DNA from: an uncultured Gemmatimonadota bacterium | GTDB taxonomy: Bacteria > JAAXHH01 | Reading direction: 5' to 3' | Assembly (NCBI GenBank): GCA_951812955.1 | Contig: OX638340.1 | Coordinates: 1,088,001 to 1,152,000 of the forward strand | DNA: 64,000 nucleotides | Part shown: positions 10,664 through 20,006 of the stretch, piece by piece | Position numbering within the stretch: the stretch's first letter is position 1 | How the letters are laid out: the number at the start of each line of letters is the position of its first letter | Notes under the pieces: generated by a model | Seen by the model: the letters and a program-made list of their open reading frames with translations, nothing else | Told to the model about the DNA's origin: nothing | The model's database searches: none | Made by a program: the position numbers and the translations under genes

Positions 10664-12355
10664 CTACCGCCCGCCGTCTCCGATATAGATATCGAAATAG
10701 CCCGTGTTGTTGCCCCAGAAGGGGTATTCGCCGTCACGGTCCCGCTTGATGCCCTTGAGCCAGGGTTTACGCAGTGAAGCCTTCTTGCCGTAATACAGAA
10801 ATACGGCGCCAGCATCCTCGGAAAGGATCCGCTGTGCCTCGTCGTAGAGTTGAAATCGCCTGACCTCGTCCATCTCCGAAGCCGCTTCGTCCACGAGGCG
10901 GTCGAATGCAGCGTTTATCCAAGGGTGGCGGCTGTATCCGGCCGGCTGGGACCGCCAGACCATGGCGAGCATGTTGTTGGGATCCGGGTAGTCGTAGTGA
11001 TACTGAATCAGGCTGAAGGGGATCTTTCGCTGGTACTGGGCGGTCCGGTAGGAGATGTTCTCGACGACACGTATAGACATGTCGATGCCCAGGTGGGTCT
11101 TGAGCATCTCCTGAATGGCCTGGCCGACCTGCTGCCTGGCCATGTTGTTGATCCACATCTCGATCCGGGGGAACCCGCGTCCTTCCGGGTAACCCGCCTC
11201 CCGCAGGCGCAGTCTGGCCAGGTCCGGATCGAATCGCTGGATGTCCCTGTACTTGCCGCCGGCGTAGCCGGGAAATCCAGGCGGAAGCATGGAATAGGCG
11301 GGCTCGCCCAGGTCCTGAAGAAGCACCCTGCAGATAACCTGCCGGTCGATCGCGTGACTGATCGCCTGGCGCACCTTCAGATTGCCAAAAGGTGCATAGT
11401 CCGCGTTGAAGAAGAGGAAATGGGTCATGAAATCCTTGCTGACGTCCAGTTCCCCCGAAAGCCTCGGATGACTCTTGACGCGGGGAAGATCGATGGGGGT
11501 TACGTCCTGCATGTCGATCTCGTCGTTTTCGTAGGACAGCGTGCCGCCGGCCATCATTCGGGTATCCAGGAACTTGCCGACGATCCGTTCCACGTACCCT
11601 TTATGTGGACCGTTGTAGTTGGGATCCAGCACGAATTCGAATCGGGATCCGTGATCCCACGAATCCAGCTTGAAGGTGGAGTTGGTCACGAACCGGCCGG
11701 CCTCGGACCAACCCTGCCCGTATTTCTCCACCTGCCAGCGGGGCACCGGTACGGAGGTGGGAAAAGAGGCGATATAGGGGAGATAGGGACAGGGCAGCGT
11801 GGTACGAATTACCAGCGTGTGGTCATCGATGGCCTTCACGCCGACGGAATCCGCGTTCCGGGTCAATCCCTGGTTGAAGGCTTTAGCCCCTTCTATCTCG
11901 TAGTAAAAGGACGCGTTTCTGTTCGCGCTGGCCGGATCGACCATCCGCTTGAAGGCATATTCGAAATCGTGCGCGGTGACGGGTCTGCCGTCGCTCCACT
12001 TCGCGCCCCTGCGCAGATGGAAAGTCCAGCGCGTTCCGTCGGGAGATGGCTCCCATCGATCGGCCGCAGCCGGCAGCAACTCGTTATTGTGGTCAAGCCG
12101 GGTAAGGCCTTCGAAGGAAAACACCGCACCGGTGGCCTCGTAGACGGCGATCCCGATATCGAGCGTGGTGGGCTCGGGCAGGTGAAAGGAGAAAACCTGC
12201 CGCGCGAGGGGCGCCGCATCCAAAGGCATGGTCTTGCCGACCGCATTGACAGGCTGCGTGGCAGGTCCTGGATGGGCGGAATCGTCTTGTGCGAATTGAA
12301 GGACCGGAATAATGAGCAGGAGAATGCACAGAAGGAGGCCTGGATTCACACGCAC
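10664..12355 (-). CDS. ABC transporter substrate-binding protein, family 5 (second copy)
   Basis: signal peptide MRVNPGLLLCILLLIIPVLQFAQ, family-5 SBP sequence features, 563 aa. Confidence 0.85.
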   Translation of the reverse strand: MRVNPGLLLCILLLIIPVLQFAQDDSAHPGPATQPVNAVGKTMPLDAAPLARQVFSFHLPEPTTLDIGIAVYEATGAVFSFEGLTRLDHNNELLPAAADRWEPSPDGTRWTFHLRRGAKWSDGRPVTAHDFEYAFKRMVDPASANRNASFYYEIEGAKAFNQGLTRNADSVGVKAIDDHTLVIRTTLPCPYLPYIASFPTSVPVPRWQVEKYGQGWSEAGRFVTNSTFKLDSWDHGSRFEFVLDPNYNGPHKGYVERIVGKFLDTRMMAGGTLSYENDEIDMQDVTPIDLPRVKSHPRLSGELDVSKDFMTHFLFFNADYAPFGNLKVRQAISHAIDRQVICRVLLQDLGEPAYSMLPPGFPGYAGGKYRDIQRFDPDLARLRLREAGYPEGRGFPRIEMWINNMARQQVGQAIQEMLKTHLGIDMSIRVVENISYRTAQYQRKIPFSLIQYHYDYPDPNNMLAMVWRSQPAGYSRHPWINAAFDRLVDEAASEMDEVRRFQLYDEAQRILSEDAGAVFLYYGKKASLRKPWLKGIKRDRDGEYPFWGNNTGYFDIYIGDGGR

Positions 12356-12409
12356 CTCGCAGGTATTGACCGGGGCTGTGCCGCTGTCCCGAACCTGTCC
12401 ATTTCCTCG

Positions 12410-13606
12410 TTATCCGGCGAAAATGGCACGGTTCGAAATGCCTGACCGGTAGTTCGCCTGTTGAACGCCGCCGATGAACTGGGCGGTGCGGCCCGCGGGC
12501 GCCGTGCCTTCGTACCACGCGCTGAACGACGCGTTGAAATCCTGTATCCAGGCTCTGTTCGCTTCGGAATCGTCGCCGGCGACCACGTAGGCGTTGTTGA
12601 ATATGCCGTCCTCTTTAAGCCCGTTTCCGCCCGCCTCCCTGATGCGCGCATCCAGCGTGGATAGCTGACGGGCCGCATCGTCGCCGCCCACGGCGCTGGA
12701 CATGACTTCGGATACGCCGCCGTACCGGATCGAGTTCCACGTGCTAAAACCATCCTCCAGTACCCCGGAGCGCGTGATGTTCACGTCGCCTGAGACCACG
12801 CGGGGCTGGGGTTCGACGATGCCGTCCAGGTTCGGGATCCGGGAGACCGGGTAGATCAGCCCGGCCGGCCGGTCGTCGCCGTAGTATTCCTCGAAGACCC
12901 GCCTTACCGTCTCTATTCTCTCCCAGGTTTTTTCGGGCGCATCATCAACAGCCACAAGGATTTCCATCCAGACCGTCTGCTTCCTGAAATCGACGCCGGC
13001 CTCGGCAAGGGGCTTCTCGTAGTGCTCGTCCAGCACGAAGGCCGTTTCCTCCGCCAGGTCGGACCCCAGGGATGCAACGACCTCGCCGTTGCGGGTGTGC
13101 ATGACCGACGCCCCGCTCGGCTGATGGTCCCGCCAGTATCCATAGTCGATCACGCCGTCTCCAATGGTTACGTTCTCGCCGCGGACGGCCTTGATCTGGA
13201 CCTCGAACAGCGCTACGGGATCCGGGAAGCCCTCCGGGTGGGTGAAACGCGCCATGCGGTTGGACCGGAGCGGACCGCCGGTCACAGCGTCTATCATCGG
13301 TGCGTAAATGGCGTTGTAGTCGTCCTTCATCCGGTCACAGGCGTCCCGGTCGCTCGAGGGCGTGGTCCACAGAACGTCTGTCTTGTAGACGTCCGACCAG
13401 CTCACGCCGCAGGTCACCAGGTTCTTGTTCAGGTTCTCTATGGTGCCGAACCACTCGGAACCGATGTCATTCGGATACTGCGTGCCCACGTTGCCACTCG
13501 GCTCGATCAGGCGGAAGACCTGGTTGTGGTCGTCCTTGACGAGTACTTCTGTGGGATTGGAAAAAATGGCGATGGGATTGTGTCTGACGATGCTGACCTG
13601 TGCCAT
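12410..13606 (-). CDS. hypothetical protein, N-terminal region RidA/YjgF-like (tentative)
   Basis: 398 aa ORF with clean coding signal; first ~140 aa weakly resemble RidA fold signatures; remainder unrecognised. Confidence 0.45.
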   Translation of the reverse strand: MAQVSIVRHNPIAIFSNPTEVLVKDDHNQVFRLIEPSGNVGTQYPNDIGSEWFGTIENLNKNLVTCGVSWSDVYKTDVLWTTPSSDRDACDRMKDDYNAIYAPMIDAVTGGPLRSNRMARFTHPEGFPDPVALFEVQIKAVRGENVTIGDGVIDYGYWRDHQPSGASVMHTRNGEVVASLGSDLAEETAFVLDEHYEKPLAEAGVDFRKQTVWMEILVAVDDAPEKTWERIETVRRVFEEYYGDDRPAGLIYPVSRIPNLDGIVEPQPRVVSGDVNITRSGVLEDGFSTWNSIRYGGVSEVMSSAVGGDDAARQLSTLDARIREAGGNGLKEDGIFNNAYVVAGDDSEANRAWIQDFNASFSAWYEGTAPAGRTAQFIGGVQQANYRSGISNRAIFAG

Positions 13607-13741
13607 GCAAGGATGTCCTTTCTGATCGGATGCTGCTGAAACCGGGGCTTGCGGGTGAGCGGGTTCTGTCGATTGTACAGATCGTAGAAATTACATCCTC
13701 AAGCGGTTTGATTCAAGATTAATCGGGGAAAAGGCAATGGA

Positions 13742-14980
13742 CTATCCCCGGCAGTACCTGGCGAAAACCGCAACATGCTCCCGGGCGACATCCCCGTCAT
13801 CCGGAAGGCCGGTGATGTTGAGGCGGCAGCGTCCCGGCGTAAACACCGGATAGAGGTGGGCGCCGTAGATCGCCTCCTGGGCCTCCTCTCCGACGCGTGG
13901 ATTGCGGAACAGGCCGGCATAGCGGTCCGTAAACAACTCGGCGAGCATTGTTCCGGCGGATCTTTCCTTCCACGTGTGCTCCGCCGAGGCAACGCGCCGC
14001 AGAATGTCGGCGTGTTCAAGTTCCAGGGCTTCCAGGTCATGGACCAATGCCGATACAAAGGCCCGCGTAACGGGATGTTCGAATGACGAACCCCGGGCGC
14101 GCGTCACCGTATTGGCGAGGGCGTCCACTTCCTCCGGCCGGTACTCGTCGGGCATGTGCGCCAGTAGCATCCCGCACGGGCGGAGCGCGAAGGTGCCGAA
14201 GGCTTTGGTTGGGCTAACGGACACCCAGAAGGGCACGTCGTGCTCGATGAAGGGCCGGATCTGGTCGTTGTAACTCATGGTCATGATCGCGTCGTAGCCG
14301 CGGGTATCGAGCACACGGGCATATTCGAAACCCGAGTAGGCCCGGTCCAGCAGGACGGGGTGTCCTTTAGCGGCAGCGGCCCGCCCTTCCATGATCTCCC
14401 GGGACTGAACGCGGCCGGTGGTGTTCATCGGACCCGCCTGATAGACCCGCAGCAGGTCCGGTCCATCCATTACCTCGCCGATGGGAAACTCGCGGCACGA
14501 GATCCTGCTCATCCGGGCGATGGCCTTGTACGCGGGCCAGGACAGTTCTTCCACGCCGATCGCCCGAAGTTCCGGGAACAGTTGCAAGGCCATCTCGACG
14601 GCCGTTTTCACCGCACCGGTGCCCGCGTCCGAGGGGATCAACAGCGAGAAGCGATCCCAGTATACCTGGGGGATGCGTTGCCATCGCAACACGGCCTCCT
14701 TCAACGGAGCGGCGAGGGAAGCCGTGCTCATGTATTCTCCGAGCAGGCTGTTGCCGATTTCAACCCTGGCATGTTTCAACAGCGTTTCGGAGGTCGGCCA
14801 GGCCCGGCCCTGCCCGTCCACTACGATGCCGATACCGTAGTTGTATCCATCGGGGTCCCGGTCGCACACGATCTTAGCGATCTGGTTGGCGTCCTTGCCC
14901 TGGGCGCTCAGCGCTTCCGCCGTGCGCCGGACTGCGGAACCGTAAGAGGAGGTCATGATTGCACCGTTTTCCGTGAACAT
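13742..14980 (-). CDS. PLP-dependent aminotransferase, class I (AspC-like)
   Basis: LLDRAYSGFEY (DxAYxGF) and SPTKAFGTFALRPCG (SxxKxFGxxxxRxG PLP-lysine motif) match aspartate/aromatic aminotransferase signatures. Confidence 0.65.
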   Translation of the reverse strand: MFTENGAIMTSSYGSAVRRTAEALSAQGKDANQIAKIVCDRDPDGYNYGIGIVVDGQGRAWPTSETLLKHARVEIGNSLLGEYMSTASLAAPLKEAVLRWQRIPQVYWDRFSLLIPSDAGTGAVKTAVEMALQLFPELRAIGVEELSWPAYKAIARMSRISCREFPIGEVMDGPDLLRVYQAGPMNTTGRVQSREIMEGRAAAAKGHPVLLDRAYSGFEYARVLDTRGYDAIMTMSYNDQIRPFIEHDVPFWVSVSPTKAFGTFALRPCGMLLAHMPDEYRPEEVDALANTVTRARGSSFEHPVTRAFVSALVHDLEALELEHADILRRVASAEHTWKERSAGTMLAELFTDRYAGLFRNPRVGEEAQEAIYGAHLYPVFTPGRCRLNITGLPDDGDVAREHVAVFARYCRG

Positions 14981-15110
14981 CTATGGTCGGTGGCGTATAC
15001 CTGGCCCGACAAAGGGATGATCGTTGCTGAACAGGAATGACCTGGCGTGTTCATTTCGACTTGAAACCCATCGGCGAATCGGCTGTTTAGTCCCCGCGTA
15101 AGGGTCAGGA

Positions 15111-15854
15111 TCACAACAAGTAGACGAATACGAAAATACCCGGCCAGACGAGCACGACGAAGCCCCAGAACATGCCGCCCATGACCAGGCCGTCATGATC
15201 TTCCCGGGTGTACGCTCCCCGGCTGAATCCACGCACCAGGTAGAGCAGCCCGAGAACGGCGATGAACGCGTGCAAAGCGTGGGTGCCGATCAAAACGTAA
15301 AAGACGGCGCCGTACAGGTTTTCCGTGACGGTCAGGCCGAATTCGATCAATCGTACCCATTCCACCCCCTGTACCACGAGGAACAGGATGCCAAGCAATG
15401 TGGCCGCGGTCAACATACGGCCGGTCGACCGCACTCGCCCGCGTCGTATGAATCGCAACGCGCCGGCCATGGCGGCGCCGCTGCCCAGCAGGACCAGGGT
15501 ATTGATGACAGACACTGTCAAAGGGAGCCTGGGCTGGTCCGCCGGGGGCCACTCAGGGTAGGATGCCCGCGCCAAGGCGAATGTTACGGTCAGGGTCAGG
15601 AAGAGAACGGCTTCGCTGGCGATAAACACCAGCATGCCCAGCACGTCGGCTCCAATGCCGGTCGGTTCGATGGAGGGTGAGCCGGTTGGTCCGTCACCAC
15701 CGCCTCCCTCCCCGTCACCGCCGCCGTTTCCGGTGTTGCGGCCATTGTTACCCGTCCGCCCGCCGCTGAAGCCGGGGACGCGAACCCACTCCCGTTCCCT
15801 GACTTTTGGTTGCAGCAGTTCGGTTCCGGTACCAGGCTCCGTCACCACAGACAT
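15111..15854 (-). CDS. cytochrome c oxidase subunit III-family membrane protein (start uncertain; Gly-rich N-terminal extension, alt start 15635)
   Basis: C-terminal 175 aa has CoxIII-like TM helices (DVLGMLVFIASEAVLF..., HALHAFIAVLGLLYL); first 70 aa are Gly/Asn low complexity and may be non-coding. Confidence 0.5.
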   Translation of the reverse strand: MSVVTEPGTGTELLQPKVREREWVRVPGFSGGRTGNNGRNTGNGGGDGEGGGGDGPTGSPSIEPTGIGADVLGMLVFIASEAVLFLTLTVTFALARASYPEWPPADQPRLPLTVSVINTLVLLGSGAAMAGALRFIRRGRVRSTGRMLTAATLLGILFLVVQGVEWVRLIEFGLTVTENLYGAVFYVLIGTHALHAFIAVLGLLYLVRGFSRGAYTREDHDGLVMGGMFWGFVVLVWPGIFVFVYLL

Positions 15855-15886
15855 TCCGCAAGGCTCCTGTCATCCACCGTCTAGAT

Positions 15887-16729
15887 TCACCCCAAGCGGT
15901 AAAAGGCTTTGGCGTTGTCGTGAAACAACTTGCTTCGTTCTTCGTCGGTAATGCCCTTCACCGCGTCCACGAGCGTGTCGAACCACGCCCGGTACGATGC
16001 CGCGAGCGTGCAGACCGGCCAGTCGCTGCCGTACATCACCCGGTCGAAACCGAAGATTTCGATCAGGTGATCGATGTAGGGCCTCAGGTCGTCGCCAGTC
16101 CAGTTTTCCTTCGCTCGTGTGACCAGCCCCGAGATCTTGCAGACCGTATTGGGAAACTCCGCCAATTGGTCCATGAAGGCTGCCCAGGGCGCGAATCCAT
16201 CCCCCGCGATATCCGGGCCCCCGCAGTGATTGATGGCGTGGGTGACATCGGGTGTCGCTCGAACCAGGGTCACCGCGGCGTCGAGTTGCGTGACGTTGGC
16301 ACACAGTTCGAAGGTGTATCCGTACCCTGGCAGTGTCCTGACGCCTTCGATCAGGGACGGCCAGGTGTAAAATTCGGGATCTTCGTGGTGCCACGCCATA
16401 CGCCGGACACCGACCACCATGGGATATTCCGCAGCAAGCCGCTCCAGGGTCTTCTCGCGGTCCTCAGATTCCAAAGGCGCCGTGGCGACTATAGCGCCGA
16501 TCATGCCGTCCCCGGCGGCTATACGCACGAGCCGATCGACCTCGGCCACTTCCGCGCCAGGCGCGGGATCCGCTTCAATATGGACGGATCTGATGATGTC
16601 GATGCCCTCGAATGCGGCCCGATAGTCTTCCGGTCCGTATCGCTGACGCAGGGCGTCGAATCCTTCAAGCCAGGGATAACTCAGTTCGGCCGTATCCCAG
16701 AGATGCTGATGCGCATCGATGATTTGCAT
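15887..16729 (-). CDS. amidohydrolase-2 family (TIM-barrel metal-dependent hydrolase)
   Basis: MQIIDAHQHLWD N-terminal HxH metal motif characteristic of amidohydrolase_2. Confidence 0.8.
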   Translation of the reverse strand: MQIIDAHQHLWDTAELSYPWLEGFDALRQRYGPEDYRAAFEGIDIIRSVHIEADPAPGAEVAEVDRLVRIAAGDGMIGAIVATAPLESEDREKTLERLAAEYPMVVGVRRMAWHHEDPEFYTWPSLIEGVRTLPGYGYTFELCANVTQLDAAVTLVRATPDVTHAINHCGGPDIAGDGFAPWAAFMDQLAEFPNTVCKISGLVTRAKENWTGDDLRPYIDHLIEIFGFDRVMYGSDWPVCTLAASYRAWFDTLVDAVKGITDEERSKLFHDNAKAFYRLG

Positions 16730-16858
16730 GGAACACTTCCCTTGATACCCTTCTTCTCCACCGTGTCCAACGAGCGCGGCCGGTCGACAGGGTCCGGACC
16801 GGCCGGTGTATCGCCCGTAAATCCTTCGCAGGATCCGGGCCGGCCGGTGTGTCGTGCG

Positions 16859-17755
16859 TTATTCCATCGTACTGTAACTGTTATAGATCGTCTCGATCCA
16901 ACGTGCCTCCGGGACGAAATCACTTGCGTATCCGGTCCATTCATCCGGCAGACCCGCCGCCTTGATCTCGTCGAGCGTCTTTCCCTCCGCCATCATTGCA
17001 CGGACGGCATCCGTGGTCGCGACGAGCATATCGTGGTAGGACTGCAGGGCCGCCCGGTCTCCCAGGTCGCCGTGTCCCGGGATGACGTGGGTGTCCGGTC
17101 CGATCACCGACAGCACGTGGGCGATGTTTTCGATCAGTCCGCCTACCGTACCGCCACTACCCAGGTCAACATAAGGGAAGCGCCCGTTGAAGAAAGTATC
17201 TCCCATGTGCACCACGTCCGAACCCGTGAAATAAACGTAACTGTCGGTATCCGTGTGCCCTTCGGGAATGTGCACCAGCTTGATCTCTTCCCCGTTGAAA
17301 TGGACCGACACCTCTTCGTCGAAGGTGATGACGGGCCAGCCGTCCTCCACCATCGCAGGTATAGTCTGGTCACCCCGTTGCACTGGCATGGAGACCCTTT
17401 TTCGGACGTTGGTATGAGCGATTATGGTCGCCTCCAGGCCGAAGATCGGATTGCCACCAACGTGATCGCCGTGAAAATGGGTGTTCAGGACGAACTTGAG
17501 GGGCCCCGCGTGCAGACCCTGAAGGGCCGACTTGATCTTATCGGCCAGCGGCGCATACTGGTCGTCGACGATCAGTATGCCGTCGTCACCGACCGACACA
17601 CCGATGTTGCCTCCGCTGCCCGTCAGCATGTAGATGTTGCCGACAACGGGATGGGCTTCGACGACGACCTCGTCCCAGTTCCGTTGTGCCTCCGCCGCGC
17701 CATATGCCAGGAAAGTGGCTGCAGCCGCGACCGCAAAATTAAAGATCCGCTTCAT
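16859..17755 (-). CDS. secreted MBL-fold metallo-hydrolase
   Basis: signal peptide MKRIFNFAVAAAATFLAYGAAEA, HFHGDHVGG motif; GGGAGGG SD 5 nt upstream of ATG 17755. Confidence 0.8.
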   Translation of the reverse strand: MKRIFNFAVAAAATFLAYGAAEAQRNWDEVVVEAHPVVGNIYMLTGSGGNIGVSVGDDGILIVDDQYAPLADKIKSALQGLHAGPLKFVLNTHFHGDHVGGNPIFGLEATIIAHTNVRKRVSMPVQRGDQTIPAMVEDGWPVITFDEEVSVHFNGEEIKLVHIPEGHTDTDSYVYFTGSDVVHMGDTFFNGRFPYVDLGSGGTVGGLIENIAHVLSVIGPDTHVIPGHGDLGDRAALQSYHDMLVATTDAVRAMMAEGKTLDEIKAAGLPDEWTGYASDFVPEARWIETIYNSYSTME

Positions 17756-17808
17756 GGAAATCCCTCCCGTTTTAATCAACACTCATCTTCCAGATCATAC
17801 TGTTCCTT

Positions 17809-17862
17809 CGTGCCGATTCTTCGTGCCGATTCATCGTGGCTGATTCTTCGTGGCCGACTTCC
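17809..17862. repeat. 4 tandem degenerate 13-14 bp repeats (cgtgccgattctt) just upstream of MBL gene
   Basis: read directly. Confidence 0.85.
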
Positions 17863-17931
17863 TTACTGATTGCTAGACCGAACGAGTATACGAATCCTTC
17901 GCGGGGCTGTCATGCCTATTCTGTACCTTCG

Positions 17932-18237
17932 TCAACCATGCCGTCCATAGAACGCTTCCGCCGTCTTGCAGGTGACGAACAGGTTTCCCAGGAACAGCGC
18001 AATGAAGAGGTACATGGGCCAACCAGGGGCGTACCACCAGGCCAGACCGCAGAAGAACGTACCCAGCAGCGTGCCGGGAAGCACCATCTTGTTGTAAGCG
18101 ACCTTGAGCAGTACGAGGACGCACAACCCGGCGAAACCCTTCAGAATCAAACCCGTCGTCGTACCGGGCGATTGGAGCGCCAGAACGACAAAAACGCAGA
18201 TGAAGCCCTGCAGTACAATGGGAAGCGTTCGGTTCAT
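17932..18237 (-). CDS. small hypothetical membrane protein (~100 aa)
   Basis: 3 predicted TM helices; start at MNRTLPIV chosen; no SD seen. Confidence 0.4.
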   Translation of the reverse strand: MNRTLPIVLQGFICVFVVLALQSPGTTTGLILKGFAGLCVLVLLKVAYNKMVLPGTLLGTFFCGLAWWYAPGWPMYLFIALFLGNLFVTCKTAEAFYGRHG

Positions 18238-18577
18238 CGGGTATAACAATAATCCGGTCTTGAAGGGAGAACGTTCATCCCGGGAAGACAAGGTCAGGCA
18301 CCACGAACGGCCAGGCACCCGGCCCGACCCGGTTACGTTAAGGGTCAGGGTATGACTGTCTCACCGTTCCAATCGAAGGGAAAGGACTGGTATAATCCAT
18401 CAGGTGCCAGTTGTAACCCGGAATTCCCGCCGTACCAGGTTGATCTGCTTTCCGCCTGCTCGCCTTAGGCACCTGTTTCACCCCATTCTCCCTGGCATGC
18501 AACCGCAAGTAACGCCTCCGTCAGCACAGCCGCTCTTAGCGACACCCAAAGACCTCAATTCATCCCTGTATACCGGA

Positions 18578-19744
18578 TTATGGAAGCGAAATTTCACCGT
18601 TCCAGTTCTTCGGGAAGGCCTGGTATTCAGCATGTGGATAAGACTGCGCGTCAACTCCTGTGCTTTCGGTGTCGTTCAGTCCATCGACAGAAACGGTAGC
18701 ATCCAAGCTGGCCAGATAGTCCAGCAATTCCCAAGCCGCCGATATGTTTACGCCGAAATTGTCGAGTGTATCTATGGACGCCAGGAACTCTTCTTCTTCC
18801 TCTTCCTCTTCTTCTTCGCCTTCACCTTCACCTTCTCCCTCACCTTCGCCTTCTCCCTCACCCTCTTCCTCCTCGTCGTCGGGAAAAGGGATGATCTGAT
18901 TGATCCCCGCGTGGTTTATCGCGATGATGTTACCCGCGTGATCGAAGACCGGGCTCCCGCTCGTTCCACCACGGGTGGCGAGGTTATAGTGGACCAGGTC
19001 CCCGGTGTTTATTGGGAAATCCAGAAAGGACGGATTATAGAACGGCCGAAGCGCACTGATCGTACCATCCTTGAAACTGGCGACCGGAAGAATAGCGTCG
19101 AAGATCCGAGGCAATCTCGGAAAGCCGAGGGTTCCAACGGGTTGCCCTGCACGCAGGTCATCGGTGTATTCTCTCGGCAGAAACGAAGGGGTAGCGTGGG
19201 AGATTTCGCCATTGATCCTGATCAAAGCGATATCCGCAGACATGACGGAACCATCGTATTCGGGGTGAAATACGTAAGGCGCCCACAAGTACGTTTCATC
19301 GCCGCCAATCAGGGTGCCCGTACGGGTGACGAACGGGATCGGGTTCAGTTCCACGATTTCCGGATCATTGATGAATTCCAAGACACCCTCGACCACGTGG
19401 GCATTGGTCCAGAGCTTGTCGGTGAAATACGCGCTGAAAGCGGTCCCGCCCGAAAAGGCTCCTTCGTCGGTCAACACACCGACAATGTAGATGGCATCCT
19501 GCAGATTGCCGCTCTCGATGACATCCGCCCAGTTGAGCGTCTCGCCGGGGACGCCCTGATCGCCCTTATCTCCCTGGGCTCCCTGGACGCCCTGGACGCC
19601 TTGGACGCCTTGAACACCCTGGGTTCCCTGGACGCCCTGGGCTCCCTGGACGCCCTGATCGCCCCGTGGACCCAGGGGACCCTGATCGCCCTTGCAGGCT
19701 ACCAGGACGAATGCAAATGCAAGTATCGTCGTTAACCTCGCCAT
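18578..19744 (-). CDS. lipoprotein: collagen-like (Gly-X-Y)n tract + trypsin-like (S1) serine peptidase domain + poly-Glu/Gly-Glu tract + C-terminal unknown domain
   Basis: signal/lipobox FVLVAC; 16 consecutive GXY triplets (GDQGPLGPRGDQGVQG...); protease His (WTNAHVV) and Ser (GGTSGSPVF) motifs; EEEEGEGEGEGEGEGEGEEEEEEEEEE tract; AGGGG SD before ATG 19744. Confidence 0.75.
   Translation of the reverse strand: MARLTTILAFAFVLVACKGDQGPLGPRGDQGVQGAQGVQGTQGVQGVQGVQGVQGAQGDKGDQGVPGETLNWADVIESGNLQDAIYIVGVLTDEGAFSGGTAFSAYFTDKLWTNAHVVEGVLEFINDPEIVELNPIPFVTRTGTLIGGDETYLWAPYVFHPEYDGSVMSADIALIRINGEISHATPSFLPREYTDDLRAGQPVGTLGFPRLPRIFDAILPVASFKDGTISALRPFYNPSFLDFPINTGDLVHYNLATRGGTSGSPVFDHAGNIIAINHAGINQIIPFPDDEEEEGEGEGEGEGEGEGEGEEEEEEEEEEFLASIDTLDNFGVNISAAWELLDYLASLDATVSVDGLNDTESTGVDAQSYPHAEYQAFPKNWNGEISLP
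18790..18880. repeat. trinucleotide (GAR)n coding microsatellite encoding the poly-Glu/Gly-Glu tract
   Basis: + strand reads ctt ctt ctt cct ctt cct ... tandem triplets. Confidence 0.8.
19556..19690. repeat. 9-bp periodic repeat encoding collagen-like GVQG/GAQG tract
   Basis: + strand ccctggacgcc units repeated ~12 times. Confidence 0.8.
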
Positions 19745-20006
19745 GTTCACCCCTTCTACAGAAGTTCCGCCACTCCGGCCGACTGTTCGGCATTTCATAT
19801 AAACTCCAAAGAATGAAGGATATTACATCAATACCCGGCTATTGCAAGGAATTACCACTTGTGTAACATAATCTGTTAGACACATGTCGGGTTCAGGGGA
19901 TAGATTGTCCTGAACCCATTTGCGATCAGGATTACGGCATACCTACTCGCCAGACGGCGGAACGCGGCTATGCCGGTCTAACCGGGACCTTTGCGAGGAA
20001 CTCACC

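Noticed and set aside
7773-12445. Long plus-strand ORFs (7773-9305, 10850-12445) opposite the two substrate-binding protein genes, and similar ones opposite the permease/ATPase genes (2981-3952, 5011-6138)
   Set aside because: Same-locus antisense shadows; low-complexity translations, no start context.
15806-17869. 687-aa plus-strand ORF spanning the amidohydrolase and MBL genes
   Set aside because: Antisense shadow ORF typical of high-GC DNA; translation is Arg/Gly/Pro-rich with no motifs, while the minus-strand genes have clear catalytic motifs and SD sequences.
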